From an uncultured archaeon (GTDB lineage: Archaea > Asgardarchaeota > Lokiarchaeia > Sigyniarchaeales > SOKP01), in NCBI GenBank assembly GCA_964493715.1, contig CAZBPC010000032.1:1-32318 (forward strand): a DNA stretch of 32,318 nucleotides. The letters are read 5' to 3'. Made by a program: the position numbers and the translations under genes. Positions 10,539 through 19,876 of this stretch are shown here, one piece after another. Position 1 is the stretch's first letter; the number at the start of each line of letters is the position of its first letter. The notes under the pieces are model-generated. The model was not told where the DNA came from and ran no database searches. It worked only from the letters and a program-made list of their open reading frames with translations.

Positions 10539-10546
10539 TTTTAATC

Positions 10547-11647
10547 CTAATTTTCGATGTCTTTTCTTCTTAACTCTATTTTATCAGCGACGTAAGAACT
10601 TAATCGCCCTAACTGGATTTTAATTGAAAATAATCCCTTCCAATAGCGATATATAATTTTTAAAAGCAATCCAAATATTAAGAACGTAATTAGAATTGCA
10701 AACCAAATGCTGATATAATCCAATTGTTCTAAAAAAAGGAAGCGTAACAAACTATGAGTTAAATATACGGTGAAGGAATAATAAGAGAAATAAAACAAGA
10801 ACTTGTAACTTTTTTTAATACGATTCATAAAAAGAATCTCAAAAATGAATAGTGTCATCAATAATGTCAATTGAATCCCTAAAGAGTAGATTAACCAAGA
10901 AAGAGAGCTCCTTACTAAAAAATTAGGGATCTCAATAAAGAGACCAATAATAATCAAAATAGGACCAATAAAAAAGTATTTTTTTAAAGTACTAAGCGTT
11001 TTATTTCTATTTGGTGCTGTATTATCAAATTTGAAATTTGAGATCAAATCACCTATCACGGTTCCAAACAAAAAAAATGGAAAAAATGCTAATATAGGGT
11101 CAAGTTGAGGTTTATTGTATAACAAAAAAAAAGCCCCCCCAAAAATATTCAATTGTCCAACATAAGTTGCTAAGAATTCAAACAAAAATCGATTCAGGAT
11201 CCATATAGTAAAACCAATTCCAATCCGGATATATTTTGCTAATTTCAAAAGAGGCCACGCAAGTAATAATGAAATGGATGCCGTTAAAAGAACAAACCAT
11301 GACCAGATATAAGATAGATCGTTTATAGCCAAAGCGACAGATAGATTATAGATTATTGCTATAATTAGCAAAAATAATGCGCGTAAAAGGTAAGAATTTC
11401 TTGCTCGTATTTTTGTAAATTCCTTTAATACTTCTATCTTATAAATTCTATTACGATAAGATAGAGCTATACTTACGCCGGATATGAATAAAAACCCAGA
11501 AGCTCCTACTGAGTCCAAAATAATGTGTGTAAAATTATTTACATTGATAAATTCGGGTTTTATCCACCATTCTAATAAATGACCTAAAAACATCCAACCC
11601 ATGCAAATTCCACGAAAAATATCAATACTCTTAAATCGTATCATCAT
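10547..11647 (-). CDS. DUF1624 / heparan-alpha-glucosaminide N-acetyltransferase-like multi-pass acyltransferase (copy 1)
   Basis: RFKSIDIFRGI.M..M..GH, FLFISG.S, FFPFFL.G, YS.T.Y..H; about 10 TM segments. Confidence 0.8.
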   Translation of the reverse strand: MMIRFKSIDIFRGICMGWMFLGHLLEWWIKPEFINVNNFTHIILDSVGASGFLFISGVSIALSYRNRIYKIEVLKEFTKIRARNSYLLRALFLLIIAIIYNLSVALAINDLSYIWSWFVLLTASISLLLAWPLLKLAKYIRIGIGFTIWILNRFLFEFLATYVGQLNIFGGAFFLLYNKPQLDPILAFFPFFLFGTVIGDLISNFKFDNTAPNRNKTLSTLKKYFFIGPILIIIGLFIEIPNFLVRSSLSWLIYSLGIQLTLLMTLFIFEILFMNRIKKSYKFLFYFSYYSFTVYLTHSLLRFLFLEQLDYISIWFAILITFLIFGLLLKIIYRYWKGLFSIKIQLGRLSSYVADKIELRRKDIEN

Positions 11648-11653
11648 TATGCC

Positions 11654-12730
11654 TTAACTTATTTTCTCCGCCAAGAAAGTTGCAAATTTACTTATAAAAA
11701 ATTTGAGCGATGCATGTTTTCCGACCTTTATGTAAATATATCTGAATAAAAGAGTTATTAACACCATTGTTGGTATGATATATATCCATATTTCTAACGC
11801 ATTAAATTGGGGGGTAAAGACAAAATAGAGAAGCTGGTGGGCAAAAAAGATGGTAAATGAGTAAAATGAATAATATTTAATAACAGAATAATTTTTCTTA
11901 AATTTAATTTTACCAAAATCCTTTATGATCACTAAAAATGAAAGCAATAATAATTGCAGTCCAAAGGTGAACATGTGAGAAGAAAACGTTTCTTTCACAG
12001 TAAAATTTGGGAATTCGAAAAAGATACCAAATATTATTAATAGAGTACCCCCAATAACAGATGGTTTAATCAAATTTTTTATCAGATAGTCTTTTTGCGC
12101 TTTTTCTCCCTCTTTTAATGACGATTCATAAAATAAATCTCCAAAAATAGTTCCTGCGAGCAAATAAGGGAAATACCCTAAGATAACATTTTGTTCGGGG
12201 ATATTGTAAAGAAAATAATACAAATATCCAAGAAAATTTGATTCACCTCGAAATGGCGATAACCAGTTAATAATAAATTCATTACTAATCCAAATAAAAA
12301 AACAAAAATATAATCTAAACCGTTTTGAAGTTTTTAAAAAAGGCCAAGCTAATATTAAGGAAATGGAGATTGTTTGTATTACAAACCATGTCCATACTCC
12401 AGGAATATTGGAATATATAGTTCCAACTAAATTCCACATAACAGAGATTAAAAATATAAATAAAGCACGAAACATGTATTCATTTCTTATCAATTTTTCA
12501 CTACTAGATTCTTGTAAGGATTCAAATTTTTCTTTTCTTCTCCTATATGAGAGAGCAGCACTCATTCCAGAAACTAATAAAAAACCACCTCCTCCCACAA
12601 ATGTTCCAAAATTCCATATTATTTCATAGAGCCAGTAATCGGTACTTCTTATCCACCAATTAACCAAATGACCAAATGTCATGTAAAAGATACAAAGCCC
12701 ACGAAAAATATCTAATGCTTGTATTCTCAT
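11654..12730 (-). CDS. DUF1624 / HGSNAT-like multi-pass acyltransferase (copy 2)
   Basis: RIQALDIFRGL.I..M..GH, FLLVSG.S, YFPYLL.G, YSF..F..H; colinear with the adjacent paralog. Confidence 0.8.
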   Translation of the reverse strand: MRIQALDIFRGLCIFYMTFGHLVNWWIRSTDYWLYEIIWNFGTFVGGGGFLLVSGMSAALSYRRRKEKFESLQESSSEKLIRNEYMFRALFIFLISVMWNLVGTIYSNIPGVWTWFVIQTISISLILAWPFLKTSKRFRLYFCFFIWISNEFIINWLSPFRGESNFLGYLYYFLYNIPEQNVILGYFPYLLAGTIFGDLFYESSLKEGEKAQKDYLIKNLIKPSVIGGTLLIIFGIFFEFPNFTVKETFSSHMFTFGLQLLLLSFLVIIKDFGKIKFKKNYSVIKYYSFYSFTIFFAHQLLYFVFTPQFNALEIWIYIIPTMVLITLLFRYIYIKVGKHASLKFFISKFATFLAEKIS

Positions 12731-12790
12731 TTAATATCCCTAATTAAAGTAAATATAAAATAAAATATGAATTATTTTGGAAAAACTTTA

Positions 12791-13639
12791 CTAATTATTT
12801 TGTAAATTTTGTATCAATTTTATTGACTCTGAAAGTGATTTTTCACCCATTATTACCGCTTCTGCAATTTTAGAAAATTTTATAATATATTCCTTAGTGT
12901 AAGCCTCATTATATCTCGAAAGTAGCTCTCTATTCACTGTAATTTGCTTGTTTTTTTTGAATATCATTCTATAATTTTGACTATTAATATCTAAACCTTC
13001 TCTGAAGGATAATATCAAAGCAGCAGCTTCATGTTTTGGAAATTTTTTCCCTTGTTTAGAAATTTTAATTTTTGAAGTGTTTGATTCATCAATTAAAAAC
13101 AATTTCATATCTAAAATGTCGGAAAATGTTGATAAGGCAAGATTTACCAGATCTTGTGTCGTTTCTAGGAGACCTCTTCCAAATTTAATGTCTAAATTCA
13201 ATGGATTTGAATTATCTTGCTGGATCGAATCAACATATTTTTTTATATAGTTAATGACTTGTGAATTTTCAGTTAAAGTGCTTGAATCAAGAAAGTAATC
13301 ATCTAAGAATACGACAATACCTATATGATTCAGACCAGGATCAATTGAAAATAGTAGATTATCATAATCTTGATATCCTAACCTAAAAACTGCTAGAACC
13401 TTTAAAATATATTGATTAATGTCATCACCATCGATAAATTCTAAAAGAATAGTATCTTTGTTAACTATTTCAATTTGATGTGATTCTTTAGAAGTTGTTA
13501 GTATAACTGAAGGAATGTTAGGGATTTTATCCCAAAAAGTTAGAATTTTAAATTGAATTCTTTTGTTCTTTAAACCATTGTTTAACTTATAGAAAAAATT
13601 TAAGTTCTCTGTTAATATATAAATAGCTTTGAGTCTCAA
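12791..13639 (-). CDS. RNase H-fold (YqgF/RuvC-like) domain protein, TTG start
   Basis: Strand-1 motif FSIDPG...IGIVVF, later LIDESNTS and HEAAA.IL, matching the YqgF-like DPG / VDE..T / D..AA pattern. Confidence 0.6.
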   Translation of the reverse strand: MRLKAIYILTENLNFFYKLNNGLKNKRIQFKILTFWDKIPNIPSVILTTSKESHQIEIVNKDTILLEFIDGDDINQYILKVLAVFRLGYQDYDNLLFSIDPGLNHIGIVVFLDDYFLDSSTLTENSQVINYIKKYVDSIQQDNSNPLNLDIKFGRGLLETTQDLVNLALSTFSDILDMKLFLIDESNTSKIKISKQGKKFPKHEAAALILSFREGLDINSQNYRMIFKKNKQITVNRELLSRYNEAYTKEYIIKFSKIAEAVIMGEKSLSESIKLIQNLQNN

Positions 13640-13681
13640 ATTAATTATATAAATTACCTATAAAATTAAAAATTTCCAATT
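13640..13681. promoter_or_regulatory. 42-bp divergent promoter region with two opposed TATA-like boxes
   Basis: TTATATAA at 13645-13652 (+) and TTTTATAG at 13665-13658 (-), each about 20-37 nt upstream of the respective start. Confidence 0.4.
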
Positions 13682-14359
13682 ATGAAATTTCCTCTTAACC
13701 AACTCAACGAAGAAATAGGTCTTGAAAAGATCGTCTCAATTTGGGGTGAGATGGGAGTAGGAAAAACTACACTTGCTCTTCAAATTGCATTTAACAACAT
13801 TCAAGTTGGTGATAGTGTTTATTATTTTTATAGTAAACCAAGATTACCTTTGGAAAAGATTGAATCACTCCTTTCTACAATGGAACCTAATATATTAAAA
13901 AAACTAAAAACAATTCAACTCAAAGATTTTAATGATCTATACCGAATTATCTTAGATTTAGAGATAAATCTCCTAAAAGACAAAAAAGAAAAAAAAAGTT
14001 ATCCAAACCTAATAATTATCGACTCTCTTACTGATCTTTATAGATTAGATTTAAATCGGGATAAAAAAGACAAAAATGTAATCTTGAATTATAAATTGAA
14101 CCTTTTATTGGGTAGTTTAGCCTATATCAAAAATAAATTTTTAGTTGATATTTTAGTCGTTAATGAAATAAGTTATGCTCATTTTGAAGATCAATCTTAT
14201 GAAATTCAAAGTGGTGGAAAAGTAATGAGATATTGGATTCCATGTTCTATAAAAATCTCTCGAAGTGAGATTATGAATAAACGTATACTTCATCTTTATA
14301 AAAACTCTCAGATTCAATTCGAGTTATTAGCTACTTTGTCTGAAAAAGGTTTTATTTAA
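13682..14359 (+). CDS. RecA-superfamily ATPase, RadB / Rad51-paralog-like (core domain only)
   Basis: Walker A WGEMGVGKTT, Walker B LIIIDSLT.LYR, VVNE, GG..M.YW; no N-terminal HhH domain. Confidence 0.8.
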   Translation: MKFPLNQLNEEIGLEKIVSIWGEMGVGKTTLALQIAFNNIQVGDSVYYFYSKPRLPLEKIESLLSTMEPNILKKLKTIQLKDFNDLYRIILDLEINLLKDKKEKKSYPNLIIIDSLTDLYRLDLNRDKKDKNVILNYKLNLLLGSLAYIKNKFLVDILVVNEISYAHFEDQSYEIQSGGKVMRYWIPCSIKISRSEIMNKRILHLYKNSQIQFELLATLSEKGFI

Positions 14360-14501
14360 AATTCAATTGCATAATATTGCTTTTACTATTATCCTGAAAG
14401 TTTTAATTTATATTATTATTAATTATAGATTTTAAAAAATCAAGTAAGACATATTTTTAACCAAACATTCTTCTCATTCAGAAATAAAATATTGATAAAC
14501 A

Positions 14502-15494
14502 ATGTGCAGTAATATAACTGAAAAAATTAAACTTTCAAAATGGCTAGATAAAAATATACCGGCATATTTTCCAAATAAAGGTTTATTAATAGAAATAATA
14601 GAAAATATTGCTGAAGCAACAATACCAATAAGAGGATTATTAGAAAGAGGAATAACATCTCGTGAAATTTCATATAGAATGAATATTAAGAAACCTATAA
14701 ACAGAAGTATAAATCTCTATGACGAGGAACAAATCCATGAAGATATATTAACACATGGTATAATAATTCAAGCACTTAAAGAAAAAGATGTAAAGTATTC
14801 ATTTGTGGCTTCAGAGGAAGCAGAGCCAATTTTAGGTGATGGTGAATTTGGGATAACTATAGATCCTGTTGATGGTTCTTCTAATGTTGCTGTAAATAGA
14901 ACTGTTGGTACTATAGTTGGGATCTATAACCAACAAGGAAAAATCATTTGCGCCTTTTATGCTTTATACGGGATATTTACAAATCTTGTGATTGCAATCA
15001 ATGGAATTGTAGCAGAATTCATTTTAGATACATCTCCTTATAGCATGACATTTTATCATTACGTATTTCAAGAAATTAAGCAAATGGTTAATTATTTAGG
15101 AGGAATTAGATGTCTTGGTGGTGATCCTAAGATGTGGTCTACTAAGTGTAGGAATTACGAAAATAAGCTAATCGAACTTAAATTAAAGGATCGTTACAGT
15201 GGAAGTTTTGTTGGTGATTTTCATGCCATTCTTAACTTTGGAGGATTATATGGATACTTTCCCTCACCAAAACCAAAAATTAGACTTTATTACGAATGGT
15301 ATCCATTAGCTTTCATAATAAAGACATTAGGTGGTAATTTTGTTGCGATAGGCGATGATAAAGATGTTGATAAAATCATTTTGATGGAAGAAATTGAACC
15401 CCTTCAGAGGAATAATGTAAAAGAGATTCACGCAATGGTATGTGGAGGGATACTGGGAAGTGAAAAGATAATAGATCTTTTCTTAACTCAATAA
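14502..15494 (+). CDS. fbp: Fructose-1,6-bisphosphatase class I
   Basis: ASEE, IDPVDGSSNV.VN.TVGTI.GI, YALYG, RYSGSFVGD.H.IL..GG.Y.Y, K.RL.YE..PLAF. Confidence 0.9.
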   Translation: MCSNITEKIKLSKWLDKNIPAYFPNKGLLIEIIENIAEATIPIRGLLERGITSREISYRMNIKKPINRSINLYDEEQIHEDILTHGIIIQALKEKDVKYSFVASEEAEPILGDGEFGITIDPVDGSSNVAVNRTVGTIVGIYNQQGKIICAFYALYGIFTNLVIAINGIVAEFILDTSPYSMTFYHYVFQEIKQMVNYLGGIRCLGGDPKMWSTKCRNYENKLIELKLKDRYSGSFVGDFHAILNFGGLYGYFPSPKPKIRLYYEWYPLAFIIKTLGGNFVAIGDDKDVDKIILMEEIEPLQRNNVKEIHAMVCGGILGSEKIIDLFLTQ

Positions 15495-15510
15495 TGTAAG
15501 CACAAGAACA

Positions 15511-16731
15511 ATGAAAAATTCGAATAATCTTGTAGATCAAAATCTTGATAAACCGTTGCTGAAAAAAACCGAAGGTAACGTCCAATTTTATATATATGAG
15601 GATGATGAAAAAACAGTCCCCTCAAAAGCTATGAACGTCTTTTACAACGATAAGATGGTTATAAACAGGGATCTCTCATCTTTGGGTGTAATCGCTTATG
15701 ATAAATTGTTCAATAAAGATAATCTAAGAATAATAGATTGTATGTCTGCTTCTGGGATTGGAGCATTAAGAATTTTAAAAGAATGTGATAATATTGAAAA
15801 AATGATTATTAATGATTTAAACCCTTTAGCAGTAGCTCTTATAAAGGATAATTTGAAATTAAACGAACATGAATCTCAGAATATAATCATAACTCAAAAA
15901 GATGCAAACCAATTACTCTTAGAATTAGCAAGTGAAAATCCAAATGTAATTAATATAGATCCCTTTGGAACACCTAACTTATATGTTGATGCTGCTTTTA
16001 AAGCAATTCAGAAAAAAAACGGGCTACTATGTGTCACCGCCACTGATACAGCGGTTTTATTTGGGATCAGATCTAATGTGTGTATCAGAAAATACATGTC
16101 AAAACCCCTTCATGTGGAATATACAAAGGAGATTGGTGCCAGGATCTTATTATATTTCATTTCACGAGTTGCAAATATCAATAAACTGGGAATAATTCCC
16201 CTATTAACATTCTATTCTAATCATTTCATTAGAATATTTGCTTTAACATTTAAAAACAAAGAAAAAATAACAAATTCATTTTCGAACTACGGTCATATCA
16301 TACATTGTAAGGAATGTGGATTCCGAACGCAACATTCAGTTAGTCCAATTGAAATAATAGATAGATGTCCTTTATGCAATAATATGAAAAGTCTCGCTTA
16401 CGCAGGACCTCTTTGGGTGGGTAAAATTCATGATTCTACTTTTCTTCGTCAATTAATAACAGAAAATAATGTAAAAAATTATAAATGTAAAAAAAAAATT
16501 GATAAATTAATTAATTTTGCACTTCAAGAAAATACAATGCCTCTCTCTTATTATAATTTACATAAGCTTTGTAGAGTTTTAAAATGCTCATCTGTTCCAA
16601 ATATTGAACATGTAATTCAAACTATTAAGGAGTGTGAACATGAAGCGTCTCGAACTCATTTTGATCCCCTTTCAATTAAAACAGATCTCAATATTGAAAA
16701 CTTGAAGAAAATCATATTAAAAATAACATGA
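15511..16731 (+). CDS. trm1: tRNA (guanine26-N2)-dimethyltransferase Trm1
   Basis: VFYN..M..NRDLS, S.SGI.ALR, IND.NP, IDPFGTP, LCVTATD, E.G.R, CxxC...CxxC, GPLW.G..H, SRTHF. Confidence 0.95.
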   Translation: MKNSNNLVDQNLDKPLLKKTEGNVQFYIYEDDEKTVPSKAMNVFYNDKMVINRDLSSLGVIAYDKLFNKDNLRIIDCMSASGIGALRILKECDNIEKMIINDLNPLAVALIKDNLKLNEHESQNIIITQKDANQLLLELASENPNVINIDPFGTPNLYVDAAFKAIQKKNGLLCVTATDTAVLFGIRSNVCIRKYMSKPLHVEYTKEIGARILLYFISRVANINKLGIIPLLTFYSNHFIRIFALTFKNKEKITNSFSNYGHIIHCKECGFRTQHSVSPIEIIDRCPLCNNMKSLAYAGPLWVGKIHDSTFLRQLITENNVKNYKCKKKIDKLINFALQENTMPLSYYNLHKLCRVLKCSSVPNIEHVIQTIKECEHEASRTHFDPLSIKTDLNIENLKKIILKIT

Positions 16732-16742
16732 ATGTTTAAACA

Positions 16743-17378
16743 ATGTCAAAAAGAACAGAAGAACATAATCGTGATTCACAATATCAACAAGCAAAAAGAC
16801 AAGGTTATAGAGCTCGTTCTGCATTTAAATTATTTGAAATCGAGAAAAGATTTAACGTCTTTAAACGATCATTTTATATTTTGGATTTAGGAAGTGCCCC
16901 CGGGTCTTGGTTACAGGTTTCCAAAAAATTTGTAATAGAAAACATAGAGAAATACAAAGATGGGTTTTACCATAGAGATCATTTTAAGATCCTTGGAGTC
17001 GATATCAAAAAAATTAGTGCTTTAGATGATATTAATATCATAAAGATGGATTTTACAAAACCTGAATTTTTCGATCTTGTAAAATCATTTTTTCAAGGAT
17101 CAAAGATCGATTTAATATTATCTGATGCAAGTATTAACAAATCTGGCAACAAATTTAGTGATCAAATTAGACAAATTAAGCTCTGTAAATCAACTCTTGT
17201 ATTCTTAGATTTATTGAAAAATAAGGGAAATTTTGTCATTAAAATTTTCGAAGGAGAAGATTATCACCATTTCTTAAATCAGCTAAAGAAAAATTTCCAA
17301 AATGTCAAAGCATTTAAACCTCAAACTTCCTATAAAAAAAGTAATGAAGTCTACCTTATTGGATTAAGGAAAAAGTGA
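16743..17378 (+). CDS. rlmE: 23S rRNA 2'-O-methyltransferase RlmE/FtsJ
   Basis: GYRARSAFKL, LDLGSAPGSW.QV, GVD, ILSDA, FV.K.FEG, FKP..S...SNEVY. Confidence 0.93.
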   Translation: MSKRTEEHNRDSQYQQAKRQGYRARSAFKLFEIEKRFNVFKRSFYILDLGSAPGSWLQVSKKFVIENIEKYKDGFYHRDHFKILGVDIKKISALDDINIIKMDFTKPEFFDLVKSFFQGSKIDLILSDASINKSGNKFSDQIRQIKLCKSTLVFLDLLKNKGNFVIKIFEGEDYHHFLNQLKKNFQNVKAFKPQTSYKKSNEVYLIGLRKK

Positions 17379-17990
17379 TCAAGGAGCACTACTATCTAAA
17401 AGTTCATCTATTTTAAATTCATAAACTTGACCTGAAAGAGAAGAATATATCCATTCAGTTAACCACGGACAATGTATCGGATTGAATTGATCTAAATTAG
17501 TATCATTACATTTACTTGAAAATGGACAAATTAAACATGGTTGAAATGAGAATAAATCTAAAATGAAATCTTTTTTACTTGTATCAATTGTTTTTTCTTC
17601 AACTTCTACCCCAAGATTTTCAATGAATGTGATAATTTTTGTCCAGGATGCCTCTATCATTTCTCGCTTGATGTTGATTTTAGATTGGAGAATTAAGAGT
17701 TCAAGTATCTCATCAAGGTCATTACGTGTCATCTGCGTTAATTCTAGTAATTCTCCAAAATACATGGTTTTTTTCTTCTGAATTATGTCTAATACCACTT
17801 TTTCATCCTTTTTCAAATGACGAGTTGAATCTTTCTTCTTTTCTTCAATTCGCTCTATTCGTCTCTCTAATTGGGATTTGTCAGGTTCTTCCGGACCCTC
17901 TACTCTTTCTTTTACTTTACATTTATGACGATTAAGGTAAGCAAAAGAATTTCCGCAATATGGACATACTTCCTTTTTCTTTTTTGCCAT
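17379..17990 (-). CDS. TFEbeta / RNA polymerase III Rpc34(C39)-like protein: N-terminal C2HC zinc finger, winged helix, C-terminal Fe-S cysteine cluster
   Basis: C-terminal PCLICPFSSKC...NPIHCPWLTEW fits the Rpc34/TFEbeta PCxxCPxxxxC..P..C..L..W pattern; central wHTH-like segment (EKVVLDII...ELLELT.M...DL..IL..L...SKI); N-terminal CPYC...HKC. Confidence 0.75.
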   Translation of the reverse strand: MAKKKKEVCPYCGNSFAYLNRHKCKVKERVEGPEEPDKSQLERRIERIEEKKKDSTRHLKKDEKVVLDIIQKKKTMYFGELLELTQMTRNDLDEILELLILQSKINIKREMIEASWTKIITFIENLGVEVEEKTIDTSKKDFILDLFSFQPCLICPFSSKCNDTNLDQFNPIHCPWLTEWIYSSLSGQVYEFKIDELLDSSAP

Positions 17991-18161
17991 TGTTTTAATT
18001 TGAAAGAGTTTTTAGTTAAAAACTTAAGAAAAGTATAATGAATTGTATGATTCCTTTAAAAATAATATTTCGATTTTGCTAATTTCTCAAAAATGATTTA
18101 TTAGATTTTATTCTTATTATGTAATTATAATAACTTGAAATAGTAATTTTCAATAAACAAA

Positions 18162-18926
18162 TTGAATATGTTTTCTTCAAAAATTATTGATTTAGAAAGT
18201 ATGCTAAAAGGAATTCAAAATCGTGAAAAGTATCTTCTTCCCACCGGTTCTAATCATTTCAACACGATCTTGAAAGGAGGATTCCATCCTGGTATGTATT
18301 TGATTTTTGGGGCACATAGAACAGGAAAAACGCAAATTTGTCATCAAATGTGTTTACAAGCATATATCGCTTATTCTAATTCTATATATATTGATTCTGA
18401 GAATACGTTTCGCCCAGAAAGAATTAAAGAATTATGTAAGACTCAAGGAGTGGATGAAGAACAAGCCCTAAAAAGTATATTAGTCGCTAAAGTCTTGAGT
18501 AATTCAACATTATTATTGAAATTAAATGAAGTAGATAAGAAACTAGAAAAATCTAATACAAAACTTCTGATAATTGATTCTATAAATAATTACTTCAGAG
18601 TTGATCAAGGAGCAATAAATATAACTCATAATGATTTAAAAAAAACTTTTTTTCGTATCCTTCAAAAATTAAATGATATTACACAAAAGCACAATATTAT
18701 ATTACTAGCTACTGCACAAATTTCTCCAAATTTCATTGAAAACCCAATTATAAGAGAGAATCCAGTAGGTTTGCAATTTTTAAACCACTTTTTTTCGGAG
18801 TATTTGTATTTAATTCGAAATTCTGATAAAAATTATATACATTTAGTTAACTCAAAATCCCTGCCTGAAAATAAATTTCCCTTTATTATTACTTCAAGGG
18901 GAATTGAGGATTATATAAAATCATAA
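18162..18926 (+). CDS. RadA/Rad51 paralog lacking the N-terminal HhH domain (probable start ATG 18168)
   Basis: LPTGS..FN.IL.GG, Walker A GAHRTGKTQICHQ, YIDSENTFRPERI, Walker B LLIIDSI...FR. Confidence 0.85.
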   Translation: MNMFSSKIIDLESMLKGIQNREKYLLPTGSNHFNTILKGGFHPGMYLIFGAHRTGKTQICHQMCLQAYIAYSNSIYIDSENTFRPERIKELCKTQGVDEEQALKSILVAKVLSNSTLLLKLNEVDKKLEKSNTKLLIIDSINNYFRVDQGAINITHNDLKKTFFRILQKLNDITQKHNIILLATAQISPNFIENPIIRENPVGLQFLNHFFSEYLYLIRNSDKNYIHLVNSKSLPENKFPFIITSRGIEDYIKS

Positions 18927-19747
18927 TCTTTGATCCTCTCCAATGGAATATTTCGAAAAAAGTTAGATTTAGTGTTGCTATTTATCAAAATAATTTCACT
19001 TTCAATTTTTGTAGAGATCCACATCAAGAGATCAAACGCATATGTCAATTTCTTTATTTTGGTACTATTTCCTACAACATTCCCTTGCAAGTGAGGTTTA
19101 CTATATTTTCCAACAATACTTTCAAAATCCATACCAATTAAAAAAAGTTTTTGGGTAGATGATAGCATGGATCTCAAAAAAAATAAAATTCTATCACCAT
19201 CTGTAAAACCTCCTGGATTTAATAGGAGATCATTCGGTTTAACCTGCGTGGTTCCTATTAAATTATTAAACTTTATTATCTCTTCTTTAAAAGCAAGAAG
19301 TCTATTAATATTATCTCCATGTGCATGAACTATCATGTAAGAAGGATAATCAAACTCATTTTTTGTAATTCCATCTAAATCAGTGAATATTCCATCAATA
19401 GGAATTTGCTTCATTTTTAAATATATTGATGCTCCATCAGCAGCCAGATTTAAACTTCGGCTGAAAAATGTAATCCCTTTTATATCAATTATATGATTAA
19501 TTGTATCCTCAAGCGATGGACCGCTTCCAAAAATATAAATGGGGGATTTTTTTTTAATAGTATTACAAAAAGAAAGAAGCACTCCCACAAAATCCCAATC
19601 CTTTGATTTCATCTTGATTATGTTAGATAATATCTCTTTAGCTTCATTATCTTTCTCATAATCAAATTTGAAATCCTTAATGATTTTATCATACCAGTCT
19701 TTAAACTCTAAATAATAATTAATTTGTTTTCGAAGGTCTAACAGCAT
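18911..19747 (-). CDS. mptE: 6-hydroxymethyl-7,8-dihydropterin diphosphokinase MptE (DUF115)
   Basis: G.GPSL, AADGA, TDLDG, VHAHGDN, GTTQ, NPGGFTDGDR, GMDF, K.KKL. Confidence 0.9.
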   Translation of the reverse strand: MLLDLRKQINYYLEFKDWYDKIIKDFKFDYEKDNEAKEILSNIIKMKSKDWDFVGVLLSFCNTIKKKSPIYIFGSGPSLEDTINHIIDIKGITFFSRSLNLAADGASIYLKMKQIPIDGIFTDLDGITKNEFDYPSYMIVHAHGDNINRLLAFKEEIIKFNNLIGTTQVKPNDLLLNPGGFTDGDRILFFLRSMLSSTQKLFLIGMDFESIVGKYSKPHLQGNVVGNSTKIKKLTYAFDLLMWISTKIESEIILINSNTKSNFFRNIPLERIKDYDFI

Positions 19748-19876
19748 TTCTTAATTTTTATTTATTAAAATAATATTAGAATAAAAAAATTTTAAATCTA
19801 TTATATAATTAATTTGATCATATACTTATATTCAATATAATTATATAATTAAAATAAAATAGGAGTTTGATAAATT

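Noticed and set aside
18007-18024. Inverted repeat AGTTTTTA-GT-TAAAAACT upstream of the TFEbeta-like gene
   Set aside because: Almost entirely A/T and overlapping the likely TATA region; not distinguishable from chance
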